Shown here one piece after another: positions 44,408 to 51,927 of a stretch of 64,000 nucleotides of DNA. The position numbers were made by a program, and so were the translations under genes. The notes beneath the pieces are model-generated. The model saw only the letters and a list, made by a program, of their open reading frames with translations, was not told the origin of the DNA and ran no database searches. How positions within the stretch are numbered: position 1 is the stretch's first letter; every line of letters starts with the position of its first letter. Origin of the DNA: Terriglobia bacterium (lineage in GTDB: Bacteria; Acidobacteriota; Terriglobia; Terriglobales; Acidobacteriaceae). The stretch lies in the NCBI GenBank assembly GCA_020073495.1, contig JAIQFD010000007.1, positions 3,891 to 67,890 on the forward strand, read 5' to 3'.

Positions 44408-47052
44408 TCGACCGCAACGGAGCTGCGCTTTCCATCCAGGTCAGCAAACGGCTGGCGTCCAACGGACGGCACCGTTTCTCGCTGAACGTGGACGTGTCCC
44501 TGCCGGCAGGCATCACCATCCTGTTCGGGCCTTCGGGCTCGGGCAAGACCACGGTGCTGCAGTGCATTGCGGGACTGACCACGCCGGACGCGGGGCGCAT
44601 CGCCGCCGGCGACACGGTGCTCTTCGACTCGCACGAGGGGATCGACGTCGACGTGTCGCAGCGCTCCATCGGATACGTCTTCCAGGAGCTGGCCCTGTTC
44701 CCTCACCTGACGGTCGAACAGAATGTGCAGTACGGGCTGGGTAAGCTGGACGCGCAGGCCAAGCGCGAGCGCACGCTGGCCATTCTGGATTCGTTCCATG
44801 TGGCCCACCTGCTGCACGCCTATCCGCGCGACATCTCGGGTGGCGAACGCCAGAGGGTGGCGCTGGCGCGATCGCTGGTGACCATGCCGCGGGTGCTGCT
44901 GCTCGATGAACCCCTCTCCGGCCTCGACGTCACCACCAAGAACCGCATCATCGAGGACCTGCGCGCCTGGAACGAGGCCCGGCGCATCCCCATTCTCTAC
45001 GTCACCCACAGCCGGCGCGAGGTGTTCGCGCTGGGCGAGCGCGTCGTGTGCCTGGAAAACGGCGAGATCCTCGCCCAGGGCGCCCCGCACGAAGTCTTGA
45101 ACCAGCCACAGCACGAGACCATCGCTCAACTGGCCGGGTTCGAGAACGTTTTTGACGCCACTGTGCTCGCCCTGCACGAGACCCAGGGCACCATGACCTG
45201 CCGCCTCGAAGACAGCCAGGTGGAAGTGGAGATCCCGCTGGCCCGTGTGGAAGCCGGCGCGCGCGTGCGGCTCGCCGTTCGGGCGGGGGACATCCTCCTG
45301 GCGACCCAGCCGCCGCTTTTTCTGAGCGCTCGCAATGTGGTCCCGGGCAAGCTGGCGAGATTGGAGCGCGCCGAAGGGCTCGTAGTGACCGCGGTGGATT
45401 GCAGTGGCGTGAAGATCACCGTCAACGTCACCCCTGGCGCCTGCGAGACGCTAAAGCTCGAGCCGGGCAAAGAGATCTGGCTGGTCATCAAGACGCACTC
45501 CTGCCACCTGGTAGAAAGCCGCGCGAACGCCGGAGTCCAGAAGGGCGCCGGAAACAAACGCTGGATCGATGGCGCTCACGCCGCCAAGGCAGAACGAGGT
45601 GATCCGCGGCCCGTCGCCGCGGCCGCGCGCAGCTTCCCACGATTGAAGGTCCTGTACTTGCTCGGCGTCACTGCGCTGGCGTTTGCCGTACCTGCCTGGA
45701 GCGTGACGCGGGCGCACCGCTGGCAATTCCTGCCCGCGCTGCTGGCGTTGCAAGTGCTCCTGCTGCTGCAAGCACGGGTTTCGGCGGGCGAGATCGCGCG
45801 CGGCGCGACGCGGCTGAAGTGGCTCTTCCTCTTCCTGCTTCTGATGTACACCTTCCTGCCGTCAGATTCCGGCGGGAACGACGAGATCATCCGCTGGCAT
45901 GCGGTCGAGGGCTGGAGGGCGATCCCCGTCAATCTCACCGGCCTGGCCACGTCAGCCATGATGTGCCTGCAGCTAATGACCGTCATCCTGGTCTCCGCAG
46001 TGGTGCGCCTGACCGGCGCGGGCACCGACCTGATCGACGGCCTTCGCGGATTCGGCCTGCCCAAGCTCTTTGTGTACTCGGTGGACTACACGCTGGCCAT
46101 GCTGGGCGGGATCCGCCGTAAGGGGATGGGCGGTGGGATGGGTGGCGGCCGGGGCCGCCGCGCCCAGGCCGTCCAGGATGCGCCCGGGCCTGGCCTCATC
46201 AAGGTGCTGAAAAGTCTGCTACGCGGCGACGTGGGTGTCTTTACGGCCGCCGTGCACGACAGCCTGCAGCGCGCTCAGGACCACGTGCAGCAGGCGCCCG
46301 GGGGCAAGCTGGAATCCGATCTCGCGCACGACGTGGCCGTCATTACCGGCATTTCGTTCATGATGATGTCCCTCAAGATCCTGAAGATCCTGCCGGGCAT
46401 CCCGTTCTTCTCCGGGTTCAAGACTCTGCTGTTGTACCCGCTTTATTTTCTGGCAGCCGATCTGACGCGCTCGCGCTGGGGCGGGACGGTGTGCGGCACC
46501 ATCATGGGCGTGATCGGCTTCCTGCAGGGCGACGGGCGCTACGGCGCCTTCGAGATCCTGAAACACACAGCGCCGGGGATCGTGATCGACCTTTCCTGGC
46601 CGTTGGTGCGGCGGCTGCCGCGGTCCATGCTGGTATTTTGCGCCGTGGGATTCATAGCGGCCATCGCCCGCACCAGCACGGAGTTCGCTACCGTCCTGCT
46701 GCTGCGTCCGCGCGACGAAGTCCTGCTGTTCCCTTTCTTCAAGTTGATCCCCAACTTGATCGCCGGGACCCTGAGCGGCATGGTGACCTACTTCGTGCTG
46801 CCCGCATTCCATGCCACGCGTGCGGCGCGGCAGGAGGCGGATGCGGCGGCAGAACCCGCGGCCGCACAGCCGGGACCGGCGCCGGGCATGGCGATGATCG
46901 CCGAAGCGCCTGCCGGCGAATCGAGCGTTGCCCCGACGGCGACTTTCGGCAGCAGCATGGGAGCGGGTGGGGGCGGAGGCCGGGGTAGCGGCGGCGGACG
47001 GGGCGGCGGGGGTGGCGGCGGCTCGGGTACAGGCCGTGCGCAGGGCGACTAG
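44404..47052 (+). CDS. modC: ModC-type ABC ATPase (+TOBE) fused in frame to a ~510-aa polytopic membrane region (EcfT/CbiQ-like part plus further TM helices, Gly-rich tail)
   Basis: Walker A GPSGSGKTT, signature ISGGERQRVALAR, Walker B LLLDEP, TOBE-like end ...EIWLVIKTHSCHLVE (to ~45516). There is no stop. The frame continues through a linker into TM-rich sequence (from ~45640) with GLATSAMMCLQLMTVILVSAVVRLTGAGTDLIDGLRGFGLP, an internal GMGGGMGGGRGRR, and the tail GAGGGGGRGSGGGRGGGGGGGSG. Confidence 0.7.
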   Translation: MIDRNGAALSIQVSKRLASNGRHRFSLNVDVSLPAGITILFGPSGSGKTTVLQCIAGLTTPDAGRIAAGDTVLFDSHEGIDVDVSQRSIGYVFQELALFPHLTVEQNVQYGLGKLDAQAKRERTLAILDSFHVAHLLHAYPRDISGGERQRVALARSLVTMPRVLLLDEPLSGLDVTTKNRIIEDLRAWNEARRIPILYVTHSRREVFALGERVVCLENGEILAQGAPHEVLNQPQHETIAQLAGFENVFDATVLALHETQGTMTCRLEDSQVEVEIPLARVEAGARVRLAVRAGDILLATQPPLFLSARNVVPGKLARLERAEGLVVTAVDCSGVKITVNVTPGACETLKLEPGKEIWLVIKTHSCHLVESRANAGVQKGAGNKRWIDGAHAAKAERGDPRPVAAAARSFPRLKVLYLLGVTALAFAVPAWSVTRAHRWQFLPALLALQVLLLLQARVSAGEIARGATRLKWLFLFLLLMYTFLPSDSGGNDEIIRWHAVEGWRAIPVNLTGLATSAMMCLQLMTVILVSAVVRLTGAGTDLIDGLRGFGLPKLFVYSVDYTLAMLGGIRRKGMGGGMGGGRGRRAQAVQDAPGPGLIKVLKSLLRGDVGVFTAAVHDSLQRAQDHVQQAPGGKLESDLAHDVAVITGISFMMMSLKILKILPGIPFFSGFKTLLLYPLYFLAADLTRSRWGGTVCGTIMGVIGFLQGDGRYGAFEILKHTAPGIVIDLSWPLVRRLPRSMLVFCAVGFIAAIARTSTEFATVLLLRPRDEVLLFPFFKLIPNLIAGTLSGMVTYFVLPAFHATRAARQEADAAAEPAAAQPGPAPGMAMIAEAPAGESSVAPTATFGSSMGAGGGGGRGSGGGRGGGGGGGSGTGRAQGD

Positions 47053-47078
47053 CGCCGTTGTTCGTGCGGGGATTTTGG

Positions 47079-47108
47079 TTGACGCTACTCCGCACGGTCA
47101 CCTACATT
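47079..47108 (+). promoter_or_regulatory. Sigma-70-like promoter candidate for mosAB
   Basis: TTGACG-N18-TACATT, with a second TACAAT 5 nt further on, about 150 nt upstream of the ATG at 47254. Confidence 0.4.
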
Positions 47109-47180
47109 CACGTACAATCCTGTAGTTGCCCTGCCTGCTTTCCCTGAATCCAGTAGGCACCTGCGCGGAGATCGAGTCTC

Positions 47181-47207
47181 TGGATAGGTATGGATAGTGA
47201 TCGGATC
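47181..47207 (+). promoter_or_regulatory. Three 10-bp-phased direct repeats in the mosA leader
   Basis: TGGATAGgta TGGATAGtga TCGGATCcag, 47-73 nt upstream of the mosA start. Confidence 0.35.
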
Positions 47208-47253
47208 CAGTGGTCTGTTCGGGGTGGGGCGGATTGAAAGAAGAAGGAGCCAA

Positions 47254-48162
47254 ATGGCGAGTCCTGCAATGAATCGTCCGAAGCGCACGCACATCCCCAG
47301 CCGGTTGATGCGGGAGTCGCTGCTGGACAAGCACGTGGTGGCCTCCACCAAAACGGAAGCCGAGATCTCCATCCTGCCCGACGTCAACATCGTGGTGCTG
47401 GGCGGGCGCAGCGTCCTCGACAAGGGCAAGGCAGCACTGTTCCCCATCCTGCGGGAGATCGTCCGCTGCCGCAAGAAGTACAAGATCATCATCGGGGTGG
47501 GCGGTGGCGCGCGGGTACGTCACACGTTTCACATTTGCCGCGACCTTGGTATCCCGCTGGGCGGAATGGCCATGGTTGCAGGGGCGGTGGACGAGCAGAA
47601 CACCCGCCTGGTGCAATCGCTGCTGGCCAAGGACAAAGGCATCACCCTGAACAAGGACCACTTCCTCGACCTGCCGCTGTGGCTCGAGGCGGGCATGATC
47701 CCCATCATGACGGGCATGCCTCCCTATCACTACTGGGAGCCGCCTACCGCGGGCGACGTGCCCTCGCACGGCGAAGACCTGGGGATGTTCATGGTCAGCG
47801 AGGTGCTCGGCGGGCGATCCATGATCTTCGTCAAAGACGAGGACGGGCTCTATACCGCCGACCCCAAAAAGGACCCGAAGGCGGAGTTCATCTCGTGTGT
47901 CGAAGCCGGCGAACTGTTGCAGATGAACCTGCCAGAGCTGATCATCGAGCGCATGGTGATCGAGACCATGCTCAACGCCCGGCACACGCGCCAGGTGCAG
48001 ATCATCAACGTGGCAAAGCCGCAGATGCTGCGGCGCGCGCTCGCCGGCGAGCCCGTCGGAACGGTCATCTATGCCGGCAAGGAGAACCATCCTGCGAAGG
48101 GACTCTGGAAGCGGAAGGTAGCTAGCATTCGCCGGGGGAGGAAAAATCGCAATGGGCGGTAA
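47254..48162 (+). CDS. mosA: Molybdenum storage protein subunit alpha-like (amino-acid-kinase fold)
   Basis: ATG at 47254 after GAAGGAG. ILPDVNIVVLGGRSVLDKGKAALFPILREI...GVGGGARVRH...MPPYHYWEPP...IFVKDEDGLYTADPKKDP...GEPVGTVIYAG closely parallels the remembered Azotobacter MoSto subunits. Confidence 0.75.
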   Translation: MASPAMNRPKRTHIPSRLMRESLLDKHVVASTKTEAEISILPDVNIVVLGGRSVLDKGKAALFPILREIVRCRKKYKIIIGVGGGARVRHTFHICRDLGIPLGGMAMVAGAVDEQNTRLVQSLLAKDKGITLNKDHFLDLPLWLEAGMIPIMTGMPPYHYWEPPTAGDVPSHGEDLGMFMVSEVLGGRSMIFVKDEDGLYTADPKKDPKAEFISCVEAGELLQMNLPELIIERMVIETMLNARHTRQVQIINVAKPQMLRRALAGEPVGTVIYAGKENHPAKGLWKRKVASIRRGRKNRNGR

Positions 48163-48967
48163 TGGAAAAGCGACGCTGGCTCCCGGAGCGAAGTCAGCCG
48201 CGCCCGATATCACGCCCGCGGAGATGTCGAAGAAGTACGGCGAGTCGATCCGCGTGCTCCCCGATGTGAACGTGGTCAAGATCGGCGGGCAGAGCATCAT
48301 GGACCGGGGCCGGGCGGCGGTATTTCCCCTGATCGAAGAGATCGCGGAAGCGGCCAAGAGGTTCAACATCCTGATCGGGGCCGGCGGCGGTACGCGCGCC
48401 CGTCACGCTTACAGCGTGGCCCTGGACCTGGACCTGCCGACCGGCGTGCTGGCCTCCATCGGCTGCGCTACCAGCCGGCAGAACGCGCGCATCCTTCAGA
48501 TGCTGCTGGCCAAGCACGGCGGCGTGTACCTGAATCCGGAGGATTTCGAAAAGCTTCCCCTGTACTTCCGCGTGGGCTGCATCCCCATCATGGTCGGAAT
48601 GCCGCCGTACGAATACTGGGAAAAACCGACGCAGAGCGGGCGTATCCCGGCCAACCGCACCGACTCCGGCGTCTACCTGACGGGCGAATTCCTGGGCGCG
48701 CGCTCGGTCATCTTCGTGAAGGACGAAAAGGGCCTCTACACCCACGATCCCAAGAAGGACCCGCACGCGAAATTCATCCCGCGCATCAGCGCGCAGGAGC
48801 TCCTGGAGATGGACCTCCAGGACCTGGTGGTCGAGCGCGTGGTGCTGGAGAACATGCTGCACGCCGTGCACATGCGCGAGATCCAGGTGATCAACGGCCT
48901 GGTGGCCGGCAATCTGACCCGCGCCCTGGAAGGCGAGCACGTCGGCACCATCATCTACGTGGACTAG
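48152..48967 (+). CDS. mosB: Molybdenum storage protein subunit beta-like (amino-acid-kinase fold)
   Basis: VLPDVNVVKIGGQSIMDRGRAAVFPLIEEI...GAGGGTRARH...MPPYEYWEKP...IFVKDEKGLYTHDPKKDPHAKFIPRIS...VINGLVAGNLTRALEGEHVGTIIY is nearly colinear with the remembered A. vinelandii MosB. Overlaps mosA by 11 nt. Confidence 0.8.
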   Translation: MGGNGKATLAPGAKSAAPDITPAEMSKKYGESIRVLPDVNVVKIGGQSIMDRGRAAVFPLIEEIAEAAKRFNILIGAGGGTRARHAYSVALDLDLPTGVLASIGCATSRQNARILQMLLAKHGGVYLNPEDFEKLPLYFRVGCIPIMVGMPPYEYWEKPTQSGRIPANRTDSGVYLTGEFLGARSVIFVKDEKGLYTHDPKKDPHAKFIPRISAQELLEMDLQDLVVERVVLENMLHAVHMREIQVINGLVAGNLTRALEGEHVGTIIYVD

Positions 48968-48986
48968 GCTGTCCCCGGGTCGAAGC

Positions 48987-49016
48987 CGGCCCGCGGTCCC
49001 GCGGGCCGTTCTCTTG
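48987..49016 (+). terminator. Intrinsic terminator after mosB
   Basis: CGGCCCGCGG-tc-CCGCGGGCCG GC-rich hairpin followed by TTCTCTT. Confidence 0.55.
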
Positions 49017-49018
49017 GG

Positions 49019-49053
49019 CAAAGCAAAACGGCACCGCATGCACGCGGTGCCGT
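49019..49053 (-). terminator. Intrinsic terminator after the lactonase-like gene
   Basis: On the minus strand: ACGGCACCGC-gtgcat-GCGGTGCCGT (10-bp stem) followed by TTTGCTTTG, 24 nt after the stop at 49077. Confidence 0.7.
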
Positions 49054-49076
49054 CGGCTCGATTCCTGCCGCCTGGA

Positions 49077-50252
49077 TCAGCGGCCCAGCACGATCTGCGT
49101 CGGCGGACTCGTGCTACTGGTGAACGGCGACCCGGTGATCTGCGCCAGCGTCCCGTTCTGGGTGATGGTCACCCCGGTGATCCCGTTCCCGAAATCCGCG
49201 ACGTACCCGAAACGGTTTCCGAAGTCCACCGCCATGTAGTGCGTCCAACTGGCATTGGCGAACGTGAACGGAGAGCTGGTGACCGGCTTCAGCTCGCCCG
49301 TGGAGGTGTTGAAGGTGTACACCGAGATGTTGGCGGAGTCGAGGTTGTTCACCGCGACGAACGACTGCCCTCCATTGACCGCTTCGACCACGTGGAACGG
49401 CCCGCTGCCGGCGTCGAACGGCGAGTTAGCCACCTCCGCCAGCGCACCCGTGCTCTGATCGATGGTGAAGACGGACACGTTATCTTCGCACGGGTTGGCG
49501 ATCAGCAGGAAATGCCCGGTGGCATCGACGGTCCCGGAGCGCAGGGCGCAATAACCGCCCGGCTCCCCCGGCACCGGCGTCAGGACCGGCGCACTGCTGT
49601 TGATCTTAAATCCCTGCACGGCCGCGCCTTCCCCGGTATCCACCCCCACATACAGGAACCTGCCCTGCGGGTCCATGATGATCTGGTAGGGGAACCCGTC
49701 CAGCTCGAAGCTCCCGATGGTCGCGAGCGCGCCCGTGCTCTGGTCCACCGACAACGCGTAGATCTCGTCGTTATTTCGGTTGGTCACGTAGAGAACCTTA
49801 CCCGTGGGGTCCACCTTGGCCGAGTACGGCCGGTCGCCGCCCTCTCCCACCGTGAACGGCGAACCGCCGATCTCCGTCAGCGCTCCCGTGCTCTGATTGA
49901 CGCTGTACACCGCCACCTTGCCCTGGTTCCCCAGCGGCACGTACACGAAGCGGCTGTTCGGGTCCACGTCGATGAACGACGTCCCTTCTTCATTTCCCCC
50001 GATGAATGCGGTGGTGAACGGCGACCCCGCTGCCGCCGTCAGCTTCCCCGTACTCTTTTCGACCGAGAACACGCTGATCGAGAAGCTGCAATCGCAGTCG
50101 TTCTCCGCGTTGACCACGAAGGCGAACCGAGCCTCCGCACCCTCCTCCACCGGGATCAGGAATCCCTCTTGCACGGCGGTGCAGCCGATGATCGTGGCAA
50201 TGATCAACAGGCACGAGAAGGCCAGCAGTACCATCAATTTTTGCTTATTCAT
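49077..50252 (-). CDS. Lipoprotein, 7-bladed beta-propeller lactonase-family-like
   Basis: MNKQKLMVLLAFSCLLIIATIIGC (lipobox). Repeated blades of the type GKVLYVTNRNNDEIYALSVDQSTGALATIG / GHFLLIANPCEDNVSVFTIDQSTGALAEV / SFVAVNNLDSANISVYTFNTSTGELKPV. Confidence 0.7.
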   Translation of the reverse strand: MNKQKLMVLLAFSCLLIIATIIGCTAVQEGFLIPVEEGAEARFAFVVNAENDCDCSFSISVFSVEKSTGKLTAAAGSPFTTAFIGGNEEGTSFIDVDPNSRFVYVPLGNQGKVAVYSVNQSTGALTEIGGSPFTVGEGGDRPYSAKVDPTGKVLYVTNRNNDEIYALSVDQSTGALATIGSFELDGFPYQIIMDPQGRFLYVGVDTGEGAAVQGFKINSSAPVLTPVPGEPGGYCALRSGTVDATGHFLLIANPCEDNVSVFTIDQSTGALAEVANSPFDAGSGPFHVVEAVNGGQSFVAVNNLDSANISVYTFNTSTGELKPVTSSPFTFANASWTHYMAVDFGNRFGYVADFGNGITGVTITQNGTLAQITGSPFTSSTSPPTQIVLGR

Positions 50253-50297
50253 GTTCGATCCTTGGTGCGCACGCGGCCGCCGCGTTGCGCGATCTCG

Positions 50298-50807
50298 CTA
50301 CCTCTTTCCGAAGTGGAACACCAGCCCCGCCGACAGGCGAAAGTTGTTCTGCGTCGCGTCCGCGTAACGCGTCCCCAGGTAATCGGCTTGCACGATGCGG
50401 ACCGATATCCGGTCGGTCCACTTCACGTCGAGCCCGCCCCCCAGCGCGAACCCCAGCACCGTGTCGGAGAAGCCTCCGAACGAGGTGCCGTGGCTGCCCC
50501 CCACCAGCCCGTGCAGGTACGGCTTCAACTTCCCATGCCCCAGGTTGATCTGCGGCCCGAACAGAAAATTGTGCATGGTTTGATCGCAGCAGTAATGGCC
50601 GTCGAAGTCGGCCTTCAGCGCCAACCAGTTGTTCCAGTTGTAGGTCAGGGCGCCTTCCCAGCCGCTGGCGTCCCCCGCAGGCAGAGTGAAGCCCGGGTCG
50701 GACCGCACGTAGGAATACCCGCCGAAGATGTCCACTTTGGAGTCCTGGGCAAAACCCTGCATCGCGAACAGCACCACCAGGGGTGCGATCCATAACGCTT
50801 TTTTCAT
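50298..50807 (-). CDS. Small outer-membrane beta-barrel protein (OmpW/OMP_b-brl-like)
   Basis: Signal peptide MKKALWIAPLVVLFAMQGFAQ. Alternating aromatic/Gly beta-strand pattern (IFGGYSYV, WEGALTYNW, GFALGGGLDVKW, RLSAGLVFHF). Confidence 0.8.
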   Translation of the reverse strand: MKKALWIAPLVVLFAMQGFAQDSKVDIFGGYSYVRSDPGFTLPAGDASGWEGALTYNWNNWLALKADFDGHYCCDQTMHNFLFGPQINLGHGKLKPYLHGLVGGSHGTSFGGFSDTVLGFALGGGLDVKWTDRISVRIVQADYLGTRYADATQNNFRLSAGLVFHFGKR

Positions 50808-51036
50808 CTATAACCCCTTCTGAAGCTTCTCGCCGCCACAGATGTGGCGCCGGTAGATCTGTTCTCAGATAAAGAAAGAAGGTGTCTGGAGCCCCACAAA
50901 ACGGCCCCCATGATGGCTGCCAAGGTTGCGGGGTGTCAATACAAAAATCATACAGCGCCGAAGATTTCATCGCATGATTCGGCACTCGTTCGACATGCCT
51001 GAGGAGGCGCAGGAAAAAGTATCGCGGGAAGGGATT

Positions 51037-51060
51037 TGGTAGCGCTACCGGGAATCGAAC
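51037..51060 (-). repeat. Truncated copy of a tRNA 3'-end-like sequence (direct repeat A)
   Basis: tggtagcgctaccgggaatcgaac is identical to 51155-51178 but diverges before completing a T-stem. Confidence 0.7.
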
Positions 51061-51069
51061 TTGAGCCGT

Positions 51070-51130
51070 CTTGCGGGCGTGAGCGAAGCGGGAGCCAGCA
51101 GGCGAAATCCTGAGCGCAGCGAAGGACCTC
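51070..51130. repeat. Bipartite intergenic repeat element (reverse orientation; same family as 5715-5770)
   Basis: The reverse complement reads gaggtccttcgctgcgctcaggatttcgcc...ctcccgcttcgctcacgcc. Lies between the two tRNA-like repeats. Confidence 0.55.
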
Positions 51131-51154
51131 AATCGGCAAGAGCGATGGAAGGAT

Positions 51155-51184
51155 TGGTAGCGCTACCGGGAATCGAACCCGGGT
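51155..51184 (-). other. tRNA 3'-half-like sequence (T-arm + acceptor strand + ACCA) with no recognisable 5' half (direct repeat B)
   Basis: The reverse complement is CCGGG-TTCGATT-CCCGG-TAGCGCT-A-CCA. I could not fold the upstream 50 nt into acceptor, D and anticodon arms. Confidence 0.5.
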
Positions 51185-51927
51185 TTGAAGATTGAGAATT
51201 GCAGAGTCATTGCTGGGCTAAACTCGGCAACCTATACAGAAAACAAAGGCTTAGAGCCTATTTCAGCCCGCACGGAAGGTAGTCGGACCTGCGTTGATTC
51301 TGTTGGATTTTGGAAGCTGCAGGAGAAAGCGAGCGTCACAAAAGCGTCACAATCAGCGAGCGCTTAGTGCGCGCCAAAAACCAACCGTTCCGGCACATCT
51401 TGATTCAGAGAAGGCCAAGGAAAACCCTGTGACCTAGCGCTGGTGGGTCAGCTCGATGCCGGTGAAGGCAAGAACGGCGCATCAGTTGAGAGAATCACTC
51501 CGTCCAGGATCAAACAATTTGCGCAGCCCAAAACAGGGTTTCGATATTCCGAATCTCAGCGCTAGCGGGCGCAAGGCGGCCCGCGATGCCGCGCGGAGAG
51601 CGCTGGACAAAGTCATACCCACCCCCACGTTGCGACAGCCTACTCCAACCGCCTTCGGTGTGAAAGAGCGCGCTTGCGCCCGCCGACCCCTACCGCAACC
51701 CGCACTGCACCTTGTCGAGCAACGCAGGATTCGGAACGTCGTCGAGGCGGCCAGAGGAAGACTCATTACTGTTGTGATTGTGGCGGAAAAGGCAGGAGTT
51801 CAAACTGCACCGTTGCTGAAAATGGCGTGACAGACCGCGCAGAAGCAGCAAAAGCTCCGGCCGGAAGCTGCGGACTGTGACAGCTGCGCGGCCGGAGCGA
51901 AAGGACAAGGGACCGATTTGCTACGAG

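Noticed and set aside
42848-47253. A Moco riboswitch upstream of modA or in the ~150-nt mosA leader.
   Set aside because: I could not recognise the conserved Moco-motif core by eye. Only an inverted repeat and phased direct repeats are evident. A covariance-model scan is needed to be sure.
47098-50795. Antisense ORFs 47098-48369 (-), 48194-49039 (-) and 49014-50795 (+) across the mos, lactonase-like and OMP genes.
   Set aside because: The opposite frames match MoSto subunits, lactonase-type propeller blades and an OMP beta-barrel with signal peptides. The antisense products are R/H/D/G/A-rich without motifs.
51155-51232. A complete tRNA gene ending at 51155 (minus strand), including a tRNA-Sec idea prompted by CTTCAAA.
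   Set aside because: No 5' acceptor strand complementary to TAGCGCT lies within ~80 nt. No D-arm or anticodon stem could be paired. The CTTCAAA abuts the T-stem and leaves no room for an anticodon or variable arm.
51155-51563. tmRNA (ssrA) on the minus strand, with a tRNA-like 3' end at 51155 and a possible pairing 5' end AGCGCTG near 51563 followed by GAGATTCGGAATATCGAAACCC.
   Set aside because: The acceptor stem would lack the universal GGGG start and the G3:U70 pair. The only candidate tag frame ends ...THQR-stop rather than a hydrophobic Ala-Ala type tag. This should still be tested with ARAGORN or Rfam.
51456-51830. ORF 51456-51830 (+, 124 aa) and ORFs 50245-51132 / 50948-51139 (-) in the low-GC island.
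   Set aside because: There is no RBS or motif support. The minus ORFs are translated straight through repeat elements and the tRNA-like sequence, and they overlap the OMP gene out of frame.
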